Of a stretch of 30,996 nt of DNA, positions 29,866-30,996 are shown piece after piece. Source of the DNA: Candidatus Methylomirabilota bacterium (GTDB taxonomy: Bacteria; Methylomirabilota; Methylomirabilia; Rokubacteriales; CSP1-6); the NCBI GenBank assembly GCA_046726415.1, contig JBKPAK010000032.1:1-30996 (forward strand), written 5' to 3'. Both the position numbers and the translations under genes were made by a program. The notes beneath the pieces were generated by a model. The model made no database searches. It was not told where the DNA came from and saw only the letters and a program-made list of their open reading frames with translations. Each line of letters starts with the position of its first letter. Within the stretch, counting starts at the first letter, position 1.

Positions 29866-30730
29866 TCATCGCGTGCTCTCCATCCGCGCGCGAAAGTCGC
29901 GCCACGTCTGGCCTGCGCAGTGTGCGTGCAGGCACGTGAAATCGAGGGCGCCGCTGGCGTGGATCATGATGGCGGCGCCGCCGCTCCCCGTCGTGTGCTC
30001 CGAGGCCCAGGGGCAGGTGTCCAGCTCGACGAGATAGCCTCCCGCCCAGCGTTTGATGCGCTGGCCGGGAATCCCCCACGTGGCGAGCTTGGCGAGCAAC
30101 GCCCCAGCGAGATCATCCGGCGGCGGATGACGGGGCCCGTGTGCCGAGCGCGAGCGCTTGGTGACGAGCGACGCCGCCCGCGCCACGAGCCAGTCGAGGT
30201 AGTCCTGCCCGGGCCGCACCTCGTTCGGCGTGTCCGGCCATTGATGGCCGGTCAAACGTAATGACCCGGGCGGTGGAATAGATCTCGATTTGATCGCCGA
30301 CGATCGCCTTGGGGATCGCCCCCAGGATAAAGACGTGCAACCCGCGGCCGCCGGGCGACAGCTCGGTGAACGAGTGCGCGCGCCCGACGATGGTGTCGGC
30401 TCGGACGTCGAGCGTCCCGTGCTCGTCGATGACGCGGTCCAGGTCGATGCAGCTCGTCTCCCGGTCCTGGACGAGGATGCAGCCGACGCCGGCCACGGGG
30501 CCGCGTACCGGATCGTCCTGCCCGCGGAGCGCCGCGTAGGCTTCCACCGCATCGGCGAACAATCCCCAGGTCGCGGGATTGGTGCTGGAGGCTCGGCGGC
30601 GGGGCGCGCAGATCCGATAGGGCACCTTGGCGGGCTTGCCGTCCTTGCGGGGTTCGCCGCGCCACAGGACGGCCGGGAGGACGCGGAGCGCCGTCGGAGT
30701 GTTCTCCGGCCGGAGTTCGAGCCAGCTCAT
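29866..30730 (-). CDS. Phage/plasmid primase-polymerase-like protein with a C-terminal Zn-binding domain; frameshift near 30255
   Basis: WRGE...GKPAKVPY...ASSTNPATW, CIDLD, TELSPGGRGLHVF, IEIY, LTG; C-terminal CPW...H...FTCLHAHC...W. Confidence 0.8.
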
Positions 30731-30996
30731 CTAAAGGGATCCCAACCACCGACGGACTTGCTGCACGAGCCCTTCCCGGGCCTTGTTCAGTAGCGCCATG
30801 GCCTGCACCGATCCGCCGGCATGGTCCGGATGGAGTTTCAGGGCGACGGCCCGGAAGCCCGCAGTAATGACCATGTGGGCCAGCTCGCGCATCCGATCAA
30901 TTTCCGCTTCATCGCGGGGCCGCTTCGGGTGGATTTGGCGGCGCGTCGTCGGGTCGGCGTTGACGTCCCGAAAGGTGTAGTGGTAGTGGGCGTGGC
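30731..30996 (-). CDS. Partial protein with a C-terminal minimal J-domain (HPD motif)
   Basis: Manual translation: ...RELAHMVITAGFRAVALKLHPDHAGGSVQAMALLNKAREGL...GSL*. The stop codon abuts the primase ATG. Confidence 0.75.
   Translation of the reverse strand, partial: HAHYHYTFRDVNADPTTRRQIHPKRPRDEAEIDRMRELAHMVITAGFRAVALKLHPDHAGGSVQAMALLNKAREGLVQQVRRWLGSL

Noticed and set aside
1-30996. CRISPR arrays, rRNA, intact tRNA, reverse transcriptase or recognisable defence genes
   Set aside because: No regularly spaced repeat-spacer array or diagnostic motifs were seen by eye.

Overview
GC-rich (~68%) bacterial window. The gene repertoire suggests a soil Rokubacteria/Methylomirabilota-like organism, but this is a weak inference. 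The region is an accessory mosaic. Many ORFs are frameshifted, truncated or fused in frame to unrelated genes, which reflects either real decay or assembly/read error. From left to right it contains: (1) an LLM oxidoreductase, a cysteine hydrolase and an ECF sigma factor/AraC pair; (2) an ~8.4 kb block with a wHTH-AAA-TPR regulator, lipoproteins, an outer-membrane protein and an arylsulfatase, bounded by the two halves of a BON lipoprotein gene in permuted order; (3) a sigma-54 activator fragment, an alpha/beta hydrolase and a PNPOx-family protein; (4) a tRNA 3' scar, followed by an uncharacterised ~480 aa protein with Rep_trans-like nickase motifs and a C-terminal wHTH, preceded by a structured ~330 nt non-coding leader (the best candidate for an undescribed mobile system); (5) DinB, ParB-like, hydrolase, GNAT, M20 peptidase and nucleotidyltransferase genes plus IS remnants; (6) a tRNA-Met 3' scar marking the edge of an integrated phage/satellite-like element with an ATP-dependent ligase, a small Zn-finger ORF, an AAA ATPase, a primase-like gene and a J-domain protein. 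All calls come from manual motif reading; no searches were run.
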